Shown here: positions 39,809-48,648 of the stretch, piece after piece
Numbering within the stretch: the first letter of the stretch is position 1
How the letters are laid out: every line of letters begins with the position of its first letter
From: a virus
Taxonomy: Duplodnaviria; Caudoviricetes
Reading direction: 5' to 3' (one strand)
Length of the DNA: 53,137 nucleotides
Virus record (IMG/VR): IMGVR_UViG_3300011267_000017
Coordinates: 1 to 53,137 of that record
Program-made: the position numbers and the translations under genes
Notes under the pieces: generated by a model
Databases searched by the model: none
What the model saw: the letters and a program-made list of their open reading frames with translations, nothing else
What the model was told of the DNA's origin: nothing

Positions 39809-40437
39809 ATAACGATAAAAAACTTCTTTTGGAGTGCATAACTTTTGAAGCAGATCCAGATTTGCTTAAAGAGTCGGCAAATAATGCAAATCAACCATTT
39901 AGGGTGAAAGGTGTTTTACAACGTAAAGGTAAAAAGAACCAAAATGGTAGAATTTATCCTGACGAGGTTCTTATTCGTGAAGCAACAAAATATACACAAA
40001 CATTTATTACTGACCGAAGAGCAATGGGAGAATTAGATCATCCAGAAAGTTCAGTTGTTAACTTAAAAAATGTTTCTCACAATGTTATTGAAATGCATTG
40101 GGAAGGTGACGATTTAGTTGGAACTGTTGAAGTTCTTACTACTCCCAACGGAAATATTCTTCGAGAATTGTTTCGTAATGGCATTAAATTGGGAATTTCC
40201 AGTCGTGGACTTGGTTCATTGAAGAAAATTTCTGAAAATGCTGCTATTGTTGGTGATGATTTTGAATTGATTGCATTTGATTTCGTATCCAATCCATCCA
40301 CACAAGGAGCATTTATGTCTCCAGTAGCACAAGGCGGAGCAATTTCTCTTGCTGAAGGAGTTGTTAAAAATCCAATCACAAATCGTTGGGAAAGAAGTAA
40401 TGACATCATTAGAAACATTTTGTCCGAATTAGGATAA
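39805..40437 (+). CDS. gp21: Prohead core protease (T4 gp21-like)
   Basis: KNQNGRIYP, GELDHP, VSH, GISSRGLGS, DFVSNPST. Confidence 0.95.
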   Translation: MNNDKKLLLECITFEADPDLLKESANNANQPFRVKGVLQRKGKKNQNGRIYPDEVLIREATKYTQTFITDRRAMGELDHPESSVVNLKNVSHNVIEMHWEGDDLVGTVEVLTTPNGNILRELFRNGIKLGISSRGLGSLKKISENAAIVGDDFELIAFDFVSNPSTQGAFMSPVAQGGAISLAEGVVKNPITNRWERSNDIIRNILSELG

Positions 40438-40439
40438 TT

Positions 40440-40685
40440 ATGAAAATATTTGAAAATATCGGCGGAAATAACTTCAAACTTACGACCGAAGTTAATGGAG
40501 TAGTAGATGATTTTGGAAAAGTACAAGGAGCAGTTGGCGCTCCCGGATCACTTGAACGAGTTAAAATAGAATATCCAAAACACATCTCCATTCTGGCCAA
40601 ATTGTTTTCTAAAGTAACTTCACAAATGGAACAAGACAATATTATTCAAGCTGCTCGTGAAGAAGCTAAGAAATTGTCTGAATAA
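40440..40685 (+). CDS. Hypothetical protein
   Basis: 81-aa ORF 2 nt after the protease stop. Confidence 0.6.
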   Translation: MKIFENIGGNNFKLTTEVNGVVDDFGKVQGAVGAPGSLERVKIEYPKHISILAKLFSKVTSQMEQDNIIQAAREEAKKLSE

Positions 40686-40698
40686 ATTAAGATTAGTT

Positions 40699-41115
40699 AT
40701 GTGTCCAATACAATTCAAATCATTGATTAAAGAATGTATGATTGAAGTTTTAAAGGAAAGACTTCAAACATATGAAGCATTTGATCCGACGAGTTGTGGC
40801 CCCAATCCAGAAGCTACCGAAGGACAATCTGTTGAAAATCCGTATGCTGCATGGAATGCAAAAATGCGTACCATGGAAGAAACTAAAGATGATGGATTTA
40901 ATGAGTTTCGTCAGGAACTTGGTGTTGATAGGGTAAATGAATTTCTTGCAAAATTTGGATTAGGACCAAATTATAAGCCTTCCAAACGCAAAACTTATCC
41001 ATGTCCTAAATGTAAAAAAACAAATGCAGTTTATAAAGAAGAACATGCTGATACTGATATGAATGAAATGGTATTGGAATGTCCAGACTGTGGTCATTGT
41101 TCCGAAGATATATAA
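40699..41115 (+). CDS. Hypothetical protein with C-terminal Zn ribbon
   Basis: FKSLIKECMIEVLKE N-terminus; CPKC...CPDCG. Confidence 0.65.
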   Translation: MCPIQFKSLIKECMIEVLKERLQTYEAFDPTSCGPNPEATEGQSVENPYAAWNAKMRTMEETKDDGFNEFRQELGVDRVNEFLAKFGLGPNYKPSKRKTYPCPKCKKTNAVYKEEHADTDMNEMVLECPDCGHCSEDI

Positions 41116-41158
41116 TAACTTTACTTCATCTTGAATTTCGCATATCATTCTTGACCGT

Positions 41159-42103
41159 ATGCGAGATTTTCTATTCACTTACGACAACATTTGTCTTCGA
41201 CCAAAATATTCTGAGTTGCCATCTCGCTCAGAAGCCGATACATCTACAACGTTTTTAGGCAAAACGTTTAAGCTTCCCATTATCCCTGCAAATATGCAGG
41301 ACGTTATTTCATGGGAACTTGCTGCGGCATTATCACAGAACAAATATTGTTATGTCATGCACCGATTTGGTAATGCAAATAGCAATGTTCCTGCCTATAT
41401 TACAGCGTTCTCAGAACTTCTTAGTGTAAGTATTGGCGTCAATGACCCATCCAAGCACGAATTGGATGCTTTTGCAAACGAAGGACGTATCCCAGATTTA
41501 ATCACAATTGACGTTGCTCATGGTCATCATTCTAAAGTCAAAGAAATGATTAACTTTGTACATCAGAACTTCCCGAACAAATCGAAGATTATTGCCGGTA
41601 ATGTTGCTACCGCAGATGGATATAAATACCTGTGTGACATGGGAGCGGACGCAGTGAAGGTCGGGATTGGAGGAGGTTCTATTTGCAGCACTCGCTATAA
41701 GACCGGGTTTCATCTTCCAACAGCGTATTCTGTTTGGGAATGTGCGAATAAAGGAGATCGAGACATTCCTATCATTGCGGATGGTGGAGCAACCCATTTT
41801 GGAGATGTTGCCAAAGCTTTAGTATTGGGCGCTGACATGGTTATGTCAGGACGCTGGTTCGCAGAATGTATTGACTCGCCTGCACGTATTCACGATGGAA
41901 AGAAAATCTATCGGGGGTCTACTTCATTTGAGTCCAAAGGACACAACAATCATATTGAAGGTTATACCCTTCAAATTACGGGTGGATGTAAATATTCCGA
42001 ACGGTTGATTGAACTTCAACAGGCTCTTCAAAGTAGCATATCATATGCTGGTGGAACTGACTTAAAATGTTTCCGTAATGTTGAATGGGAAATATTGTCA
42101 TAA
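41159..42103 (+). CDS. GMP reductase / IMP dehydrogenase family (no CBS domains)
   Basis: [27 protein letters not shown] (catalytic Cys), [25 protein letters not shown]. GuaC vs GuaB not resolved. Confidence 0.9.
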   Translation: MRDFLFTYDNICLRPKYSELPSRSEADTSTTFLGKTFKLPIIPANMQDVISWELAAALSQNKYCYVMHRFGNANSNVPAYITAFSELLSVSIGVNDPSKHELDAFANEGRIPDLITIDVAHGHHSKVKEMINFVHQNFPNKSKIIAGNVATADGYKYLCDMGADAVKVGIGGGSICSTRYKTGFHLPTAYSVWECANKGDRDIPIIADGGATHFGDVAKALVLGADMVMSGRWFAECIDSPARIHDGKKIYRGSTSFESKGHNNHIEGYTLQITGGCKYSERLIELQQALQSSISYAGGTDLKCFRNVEWEILS

Positions 42104-42390
42104 TGGACTACGACATTCTAATTGAAGGTCTCAAGACTCGTGGCTTCCAAGATACAGAAGGTATCTGTAATCGTGGGCATTGCCATAAAGATGAAATGCA
42201 TTTTATTTTAGTCACCGATGGACTTGTCATCTACAGTAACTTTTGGGATTGGCGAGCATGTTGTAAAAAAGCCAACGATTTCGGAGGCGTTGAAGGTGGA
42301 CTGTGTGAAGTATGGTGTCTTGAACCATCTGAATATGATACACATACAAAAGTATTTTCTTTTGAGGAGTTGGATTTCATAATCTCTTGA
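42103..42390 (+). CDS. Hypothetical Cys-rich protein
   Basis: TAATG coupling to the upstream gene. Confidence 0.6.
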   Translation: MDYDILIEGLKTRGFQDTEGICNRGHCHKDEMHFILVTDGLVIYSNFWDWRACCKKANDFGGVEGGLCEVWCLEPSEYDTHTKVFSFEELDFIIS

Positions 42391-42414
42391 TTTTTTATAG
42401 AGTTTTGTTATGAT
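42387..42414 (+). promoter_or_regulatory. Sigma70-type promoter TTGATT-16-(TG)TATGAT, predicted leaderless
   Basis: The -10 ends 6 nt before ATG 42421. Confidence 0.55.
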
Positions 42415-42420
42415 ATTAGC

Positions 42421-42945
42421 ATGAAAAGAAGTGACCGTATTCGTAAAGATGCTGAACGCACGATGGGAAAGATCCGTGCAATAACTCGCCATATTCGTAA
42501 TGTGGAAGACAATTGTCTTATTCTTGGTGAGCGACTGATTAACAATGGTGAGATTGAATTGGGGCATAAACTGATCGCCAATGGACATATTCATGATGCG
42601 TCAAAATTCCACGGAATTGAGTGGGAACAAATGGCTCCCGGAGAAGCATCTAACGAAGAAGGTGCCAAGCTGAAACTAAAACTGGCAGTTCAGCATCACA
42701 ACCGAACAAATCCCCATCATCCTGAGTATTGGGGAACAATCCATCTCATGCCGAGACTTTATCTTGCAGAAATGGTAGCAGATTGGAAAGCAAGAAGCGA
42801 AGAGTTTGGAACCTCATTGCGAGATTGGATTGATGAACAAGCGACGAAACGATTTGGCTTTACAAAGGAAGAAAAGATTTACCAAGAAATCATGGAGTTT
42901 GTCAATTTACTTTGTGAGAAACCATTTGAAAATTTGTCCAAATGA
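42421..42945 (+). CDS. HD-like metal-dependent hydrolase (DUF5662-like)
   Basis: HI..V, HDASK, HHNRTNPHHPEYW, EMVADW. Confidence 0.75.
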   Translation: MKRSDRIRKDAERTMGKIRAITRHIRNVEDNCLILGERLINNGEIELGHKLIANGHIHDASKFHGIEWEQMAPGEASNEEGAKLKLKLAVQHHNRTNPHHPEYWGTIHLMPRLYLAEMVADWKARSEEFGTSLRDWIDEQATKRFGFTKEEKIYQEIMEFVNLLCEKPFENLSK

Positions 42946-42951
42946 TTGCGA

Positions 42952-42979
42952 TTGACATTTAAGCAAAAATCGCTATAGT
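42952..42979 (+). promoter_or_regulatory. Sigma70-type promoter TTGACA-16-TATAGT, predicted leaderless
   Basis: The -10 ends 6 nt before ATG 42986. Confidence 0.65.
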
Positions 42980-42985
42980 CATCGC

Positions 42986-44149
42986 ATGAACCTTGAATGG
43001 CTTAATCAAAATACGATCTATGTCACTCTCCATGGCTCTCAAGCTTATGGACTTGCCAATGAATTTAGCGACGTGGACGTAAAGGGCATTTGCATCCCTC
43101 CTCGGGAAGTTGAGTATAACCTGTATCATCGCTTTGAACAGGCGGAAAATCCTGTAGGATTGGAAGCACAGCTTTCCCATCTAAAGAACCCAAAGAACCC
43201 GAAGTTTGAAAGCTCGGTTTATTCTTTGAGAAAGTTCTTTTTGCTCGCCGCAGAAGTCAATCCAAACATTATCGAATTGTTGTGGACGGACCCGAAGGAC
43301 CATTTTGTGTTCAAGAGTCCGATGGAAAAGATCATCGCCAATCGCAATCTATTTCTATCCAACAAGGCTCGTTATACCTTTGCAGGATATGCTTGTGCTC
43401 AAGCAAAGAAGATTGAGCGGCATCGAAAGTGGATTGTGTTGGGCGAAGTTAAGCCTCCATCTAGGGAGGAATTCGGTCTTCCATCTACTCCCCCAAAGGG
43501 TGTTGAAGAAGTCTTTGGCTTTATAAAGAGCAAGGTTGAACAGTGGAACCTTAACCAATTTCCTCTGGAAGAAATGCAACGTAGTGAGTTGAAGGATACC
43601 ATCTGGGAACTTCTGACAACTCTTACGGAACGTGAAATTTCCGTGGCAAATTGGCCAGATCGGTATGCTGAAGGAGTCATCTTTAAGATGCAGAAGGAAT
43701 TCAATCTTAAGGATGAAGTCGTCGCCTTCATCAATGCTGAACGGGCATATGCTAAGGCAAAGCAAGTTTACGACAGTTGGGTATCTTGGAAGAAGGAACG
43801 AAATCCTGCTCGTCGTGAGTTAGAAGAGAAGTCTGGTTATGACACAAAGCACGCCAGCCATCTTGTTCGTCTCATGCGTATGGGATATGAAATCCTTACG
43901 ACCGGAGAAGTCATTGTCAAGCGTCCAGACCGTGAAGAACTTCTTGCCATTAAGAATGGTGCTTGGAGTTATGAAAAGGTCATGGAATACAAGGATGAAA
44001 TTGAAAGCAAGCTTGAAGCTGAATATGCTCGCCAAAAACAACTTGTTGCCGAAGGTAAGCCAACGCCACTTCCTCGGGAAGTTAATAAGGAAAAGCTGAA
44101 CGCATTGTATCATCAGCTTTATGAAGAGTATTGGAACAATAATGCTTAA
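42986..44149 (+). CDS. DNA polymerase beta superfamily nucleotidyltransferase (Nuc-transf/RlaP-like)
   Basis: GSQAYGLA...SDVDVKG, NPNIIELL, YDTKHASHLVRL, ELLAIKNG. Confidence 0.85.
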   Translation: MNLEWLNQNTIYVTLHGSQAYGLANEFSDVDVKGICIPPREVEYNLYHRFEQAENPVGLEAQLSHLKNPKNPKFESSVYSLRKFFLLAAEVNPNIIELLWTDPKDHFVFKSPMEKIIANRNLFLSNKARYTFAGYACAQAKKIERHRKWIVLGEVKPPSREEFGLPSTPPKGVEEVFGFIKSKVEQWNLNQFPLEEMQRSELKDTIWELLTTLTEREISVANWPDRYAEGVIFKMQKEFNLKDEVVAFINAERAYAKAKQVYDSWVSWKKERNPARRELEEKSGYDTKHASHLVRLMRMGYEILTTGEVIVKRPDREELLAIKNGAWSYEKVMEYKDEIESKLEAEYARQKQLVAEGKPTPLPREVNKEKLNALYHQLYEEYWNNNA

Positions 44150-44165
44150 CACTCAATAACATTGC

Positions 44166-44208
44166 AAAACAGACTTCTTCTCGGAGAAGTCTGTTTTCTT
44201 TTTTTTTT
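44166..44208 (+). terminator. Rho-independent terminator
   Basis: AAAACAGACTTCT-TCTCGG-AGAAGTCTGTTTT followed by a long T run. Confidence 0.8.
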
Positions 44209-44577
44209 ATGAAATACGAAGACAATTTAATTGCCCAACCAGTATCTAAAGAGTTTGATAAACTTACAGAAGAAATTCATAAGACCTATCCTAAAGCTTC
44301 GGGATGGTTGCCATTTAATACATATGATATGGTTCAATGCGGGTATCCATTTCCTAACCATGGAGAAATGGTAAAACGTTCAGATGGGGGAACTAATTCC
44401 AAAGGAGAACTTATTCCCTCCACGGGAATGTGGTGTAAAGTAGAAGATGTCATGAAAATTATAAATGAATTAAAATTTAAAAATTCATGTTTACATAATG
44501 ATACTTTTACAGAAAATGGAATAAAAATTTGTAAACAATGTAATACACATATAGAAATTACAAGTTACAGGGATTGA
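44209..44577 (+). CDS. Hypothetical protein
   Basis: 122-aa ORF with C-terminal CLH...CKQC. Confidence 0.6.
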   Translation: MKYEDNLIAQPVSKEFDKLTEEIHKTYPKASGWLPFNTYDMVQCGYPFPNHGEMVKRSDGGTNSKGELIPSTGMWCKVEDVMKIINELKFKNSCLHNDTFTENGIKICKQCNTHIEITSYRD

Positions 44578-44580
44578 TTT

Positions 44581-44737
44581 ATGACGTGGGTCATTACTAT
44601 TTTCAACGTACAGACCAAAAAAGGGTCGGGTAATATCCACTGAACATCCAGAAGCAATAGATGAGCATGAAGGTTTACTGGATGAAAACGAAGTAATGTT
44701 TATAAACGAGTTAGAAGGTAATGTCGAACCACGTTAA
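44581..44737 (+). pseudogene. Small gene apparently split by a 1-nt frameshift at the A6 run 44617-44622
   Basis: MTWVITIFNVQTKK continues in the +1 frame as GRVISTEHPEAIDEHEGLLDENEVMFINELEGNVEPR*; that frame has no upstream start of its own. Confidence 0.4.
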
Positions 44738-45239
44738 CATAGAAAATGACGAAGTAACTGTTCCATATTATGCCATTCATAGCGATGGTAAGATTTGCGG
44801 GTTCTTTGGACAATTCAGATTTCTCAGTAATTTTTACATACTAAACAATGGAGTTTGGTTTGAAGACCTTACATATCCTTCCGTAGAACATGCATATCAG
44901 GCAGCAAAATGGCCATTAAATCAACGCACTCAATTCTTAGATGTAACTTCTGGACAAGCAAAGAAGTTGGGAAAACTGGCACCTAATTTCAATGCCAAAA
45001 AATGGAATAAAAACAAAACAGAATTAATGCGGAGCCTTGTTCATCAAAAGTTTGAAAAGAACCTTAATCTTCGTAAAATGCTCATGCTAATGGAAGACTA
45101 TATTCTCGAAGAACGTAATTCTTGGGGAGATTGTTTTTGGGGAACAAATGAACAAGGAGAAGGTGACAATCACCTTGGTAAGATCCTCATGAATATTCGG
45201 GATAAATTTATTGCTATGGAACGCAAGAATGAATTCTGA
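44721..45239 (+). CDS. NADAR family protein (YbiA-like)
   Basis: FLSNFY, YPSVEHAYQAAK, AKKLG, KF, D.FWG, G.NHLGKILM.IR. Confidence 0.9.
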   Translation: MSNHVNIENDEVTVPYYAIHSDGKICGFFGQFRFLSNFYILNNGVWFEDLTYPSVEHAYQAAKWPLNQRTQFLDVTSGQAKKLGKLAPNFNAKKWNKNKTELMRSLVHQKFEKNLNLRKMLMLMEDYILEERNSWGDCFWGTNEQGEGDNHLGKILMNIRDKFIAMERKNEF

Positions 45240-45240
45240 A

Positions 45241-45269
45241 TTGACAAGGTACCATAGATTTGTTATGTT
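45241..45269 (+). promoter_or_regulatory. Sigma70-type promoter TTGACA-17-(TG)TATGTT
   Basis: Consensus -35, extended -10, 9 nt before ATG 45279. Confidence 0.6.
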
Positions 45270-45278
45270 ACTATAACA

Positions 45279-45779
45279 ATGCAGACATTTTTAGTTTACC
45301 CAAACTATCTTCAATCCATGCGATGCCTTGATAAATACCGATTGGGAAATCAGGTATGGCGAGAGGGATTAACTCTTCTTCGGGGAGGATGGCCAAATCA
45401 CCCAGCGTCTCGTATGTGGAAAGGTCATGAATACCACCTTGGATTATATCTGTTGGATGGACTTAAAGTATTGGAAGAACGAGGAAAAGTTTATCCAGAA
45501 GTTAGACATAAAATAGAAATCGAAATGATAAAATTTTCAAATACTGGTGCTCCACATTGGCTTGGCGATGAAGCCTTTCATGCATCTCATCGCAGCAATC
45601 TTTTGAGAAAAGTAACAGAAGCAATCCAAAAAGCAAAAGAAGCCATTAAAAGAGATAATCCACGTAGACATCATTATATGAAAGTAGCTGATTATGTTAA
45701 GTCGTGGTATTCTCAATTTGAATGGACTGAAATTGATAATTTGCCATATGTTTGGCCAACATCCACAAAAGCTTTATGA
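45279..45779 (+). CDS. Pyrimidine-dimer DNA glycosylase-like protein (DenV / MSMEG_6728-like)
   Basis: MQTFL.YP...S..LD..RLG.Q..E, GWPNHPA..MW.G, P.WLG....H.SHRSNLLRK, LPYVWP. Confidence 0.75.
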   Translation: MQTFLVYPNYLQSMRCLDKYRLGNQVWREGLTLLRGGWPNHPASRMWKGHEYHLGLYLLDGLKVLEERGKVYPEVRHKIEIEMIKFSNTGAPHWLGDEAFHASHRSNLLRKVTEAIQKAKEAIKRDNPRRHHYMKVADYVKSWYSQFEWTEIDNLPYVWPTSTKAL

Positions 45780-46093
45780 AAATTGAACATGTAGATGGAA
45801 GGGTTGTAGACACAACTAATATGACAGATATTGATGCTCTCTTATTGGAAGAGAGTAAAAAACTTCAGGAATTGTATGCAAAATACAATCGGCAATTATT
45901 TCTTGCCGGGGAAGTTAAAGCAACGCCAGAGTCCCCCGCAAGGTCAGGAGTAGTCTTTTTCCATGTTGGAAATCCCGATGATAAAGAACTCGGTAAAGCG
46001 TGGAATACATATTTTTGGAGACTCAATGCATTTATCATGCAAATGAGTAACGGAAATTTGTTTATTGGACATACTAATCCTCCACAGGAATGA
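45776..46093 (+). CDS. Hypothetical protein
   Basis: ATGA overlaps on both sides. Confidence 0.65.
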   Translation: MKIEHVDGRVVDTTNMTDIDALLLEESKKLQELYAKYNRQLFLAGEVKATPESPARSGVVFFHVGNPDDKELGKAWNTYFWRLNAFIMQMSNGNLFIGHTNPPQE

Positions 46094-46806
46094 TTGCAAA
46101 GAACATTGTTATTCATGGAGACAGCCGAACGGAATTGAAAAATCTTCCGAATGGTTGTATTGATTTATGCGTTACGTCGCCTCCGTATAAAGATTGTGAT
46201 GGATATTCAGATGATCTTATTAAAGATGTATTTGCTGAAATCTATCGTCTTCAACGAGACAACACACTTTTGTTTGTAAACTTTGGACATTTAGCTGAAG
46301 ACAAATTTCGACCATATCGTGTGTGTTCTATAATCATGGATATTGGTTATAAACTTAACGACACTATTGTTTGGGTCAAAAATCATTACAAACCAATTCA
46401 AGGCAAACGGCGAGTAAACAATTTGACAGAATTTATTTTTCTTCTTTACAAAGGTAACATGCCAGAATTGGACAGACTGGCATTAGGCATTCAGTACAAA
46501 GACAAGTCCAATGCAAAACGGTTTAGTGGCGGTAGAGATTTGAAATGTGCAGGAAATGTCTGGTACATCAATTATCCCACTATCAACAGTTCTGATGAAA
46601 AACTCCACAATGACAGATTTCCTGTAGAGTTGCCGGAGAGATGCATAAAACTTTGTGGTTATCCTATGGAAACAGTTTTAGATCCATTTTTTGGATCAGG
46701 TACAACTGGATTGGCAGCTAAGAACTTAGGAAAGTCCTATATCGGAGTGGAGAAATCCGATAGCCACTACACAGTTGCTATTCAACGATTAAACAGTGGA
46801 AGTTGA
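46090..46806 (+). CDS. DNA methyltransferase, beta class (SPPY, probable N4-cytosine)
   Basis: VTSPPY motif IV N-terminal, H..RFP.ELPERCI, VLDPFFGSGTT motif I C-terminal. Confidence 0.9.
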   Translation: MIAKNIVIHGDSRTELKNLPNGCIDLCVTSPPYKDCDGYSDDLIKDVFAEIYRLQRDNTLLFVNFGHLAEDKFRPYRVCSIIMDIGYKLNDTIVWVKNHYKPIQGKRRVNNLTEFIFLLYKGNMPELDRLALGIQYKDKSNAKRFSGGRDLKCAGNVWYINYPTINSSDEKLHNDRFPVELPERCIKLCGYPMETVLDPFFGSGTTGLAAKNLGKSYIGVEKSDSHYTVAIQRLNSGS

Positions 46807-47190
46807 TTTAGATTTTCTATTTCTTTTATCTTTTTCTAATTGTAATACCGTGAGATACGCAGCAATTTTTAATTCTTCTGGAGAGAACGTTTTTAAATCT
46901 TGATTAGGATTAGTAGAAGATAATTGGGGTATTGGTCGGCCCATTTGTTTAAACATATCTTCCTTATGTCTATTACATATTCCATGTGATACTCCTACAT
47001 TTGGAAGTCCCAATTCTTTTTCACAAAATGAACAAGAATGAAACAAAAGTTGTTTAATAGCAGCCTGACGTTCTTTTGGAAGAGCACGAAATTGCTGTAC
47101 GAGAATTTTCTTTTGTTCCGGAGATAATGTCGGAACTTCTCGTTTATGTAGAAGATGCCCGAATTTTTTTTGTAGTTCTTCGGGAGACAT
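46789..47190 (-). CDS. Zn-binding hypothetical protein (CSFC...SHGIC..H); may be reached by -1 frameshift from the upstream gene
   Basis: Own ATG at 47190 is possible; the frame stays open back through the A9 run at 47263-47271. Confidence 0.6.
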   Translation of the reverse strand: MSPEELQKKFGHLLHKREVPTLSPEQKKILVQQFRALPKERQAAIKQLLFHSCSFCEKELGLPNVGVSHGICNRHKEDMFKQMGRPIPQLSSTNPNQDLKTFSPEELKIAAYLTVLQLEKDKRNRKSKSTSTV

Positions 47191-47210
47191 TTGTGCCAGA
47201 GCACCCTCGT

Positions 47211-47684
47211 TTACTGAGGAGGTTCTGTCAAGCCCTTTTTCGGAGAAGTTTCTGGGGTTGGCTTTTTTTTTAGATCGTAGTAACGACCGAGAACATGACC
47301 GATGTCTTGATAAGCAACTCCTAATTGTTGCATTTTTCCATAACACTCTTTTGCAATTTTCCCGTATTCCATAACTCTCTTTTTAAGTTCTTTCATGTCA
47401 CGTTTGACAATATCTTGCTGAAACCAATCTCCACATTCATTTAATGCATATGCTTCTGCAAGTTCACAAAGTTCTGTCATTGCACGTGCGGAATTCACAA
47501 TAGCTTCTTCATTACGGATGGCTTGACCATAATTTTCAAACATAGATGCCATTTCCATAAGCTTCTTTTTTTGTTCGGCAGAAAGTTTTGGGGTTTCATC
47601 TTTTCCAAATCCCTTATCTGGAATTTTTCCAAGATTTTCCACAATGCGTTTAAGAGTGAATTTCGTTGTTTTAGGAGTACTCAT
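47211..47684 (-). CDS. Helical head-cluster hypothetical protein
   Basis: TATTTATA on the minus strand (47688-47695) 3 nt before the ATG. Confidence 0.75.
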   Translation of the reverse strand: MSTPKTTKFTLKRIVENLGKIPDKGFGKDETPKLSAEQKKKLMEMASMFENYGQAIRNEEAIVNSARAMTELCELAEAYALNECGDWFQQDIVKRDMKELKKRVMEYGKIAKECYGKMQQLGVAYQDIGHVLGRYYDLKKKPTPETSPKKGLTEPPQ

Positions 47685-47710
47685 AGCTATAAATATAGTT
47701 CAAAACTTTG

Positions 47711-48034
47711 TTATTTCAAGTTTTTGTCTATTTCGGGTTGAGCATAGTGATCAAAAAAATCAATTACATCATTAAAGGTTTTAAACCTTTTCTTTTCTTT
47801 ATCAGGTTCTTCTATAAAAAAGAAATCATGAGGTTTTCCATGTTCATCTGTATCTTTCTTTTTATAAATTGTAATTTTTGGATCTTTAGCTGTTATCATA
47901 TGATGATCATCTGCAAATTCAAATCCCATAGTTACTAAATGATCAACATCTGGCCAACGCCAATTATCAACATTGATAAGTCCGTCTTTATTCTCGTCAG
48001 AAATAGAATTTAATAGTTCGGTTAACTTTATCAT
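47711..48034 (-). CDS. Hypothetical protein
   Basis: Starts MIKLTELL; ATGA overlap with the upstream gene. Confidence 0.7.
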   Translation of the reverse strand: MIKLTELLNSISDENKDGLINVDNWRWPDVDHLVTMGFEFADDHHMITAKDPKITIYKKKDTDEHGKPHDFFFIEEPDKEKKRFKTFNDVIDFFDHYAQPEIDKNLK

Positions 48035-48648
48035 AGGTCTAATTTTATTAAAAAATCGGATAATACATTTGCTCCATCTACATCATTTATAAATGTAACT
48101 GACTTTGTAATACGTATTGGATCGTTAACCGTTAATTCATCTTCAGATGTTTCTTGTTCAGCCACATTACCTTCTGGTTCAGCTTCTTCATCTGCTCGTT
48201 CATGTTTTGCAAAAGCAGTCCAACAAAATTGTCCACCTTCTTTTAACTTTTTAATAACCGTAGTGTCATTTGTTCCAAAATCATCAGTAGTTTCATATTT
48301 TACAAAGTATTTGTCATGTTGAGTAGGCTTTGAATTTTTATAATTAATAATTGATTGTTGTTCTTTAGGAGTGAATTCAATCCCACGGTGTTGATTTACA
48401 TAACTATCAAAATCCGATTTTGTATCGAATGTTTTTGCAATAACATTTCTTTCTGTAGGTATTTCTTCAGAAACTAGATTATCAGGATTTGTAATATCTG
48501 TTTCTCCACCCGTATTCCCCGTATATTCTTCCTTTAATTTCTTCAAACCTATAAGCAATTTTCGTTTTTGTTCATCAGTTAATTGTTCCTTCATATTAAC
48601 AATATTTCGAAGGCGGGAGAGCTTGGCTTCTGTGAGCATATATTTCAT
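48031..48648 (-). CDS. Hypothetical protein
   Basis: Start reassigned to 48648 (MKYMLTE), 5 nt after a minus-strand TATTTATC at 48654-48661. Confidence 0.7.
   Translation of the reverse strand: MKYMLTEAKLSRLRNIVNMKEQLTDEQKRKLLIGLKKLKEEYTGNTGGETDITNPDNLVSEEIPTERNVIAKTFDTKSDFDSYVNQHRGIEFTPKEQQSIINYKNSKPTQHDKYFVKYETTDDFGTNDTTVIKKLKEGGQFCWTAFAKHERADEEAEPEGNVAEQETSEDELTVNDPIRITKSVTFINDVDGANVLSDFLIKLDL

Noticed and set aside
47688-47695. Plus-strand TATAAATA as a canonical T4 late promoter
   Set aside because: No plus-strand gene follows. Read on the minus strand it is TATTTATA 3 nt before ATG 47684, matching the other sites.
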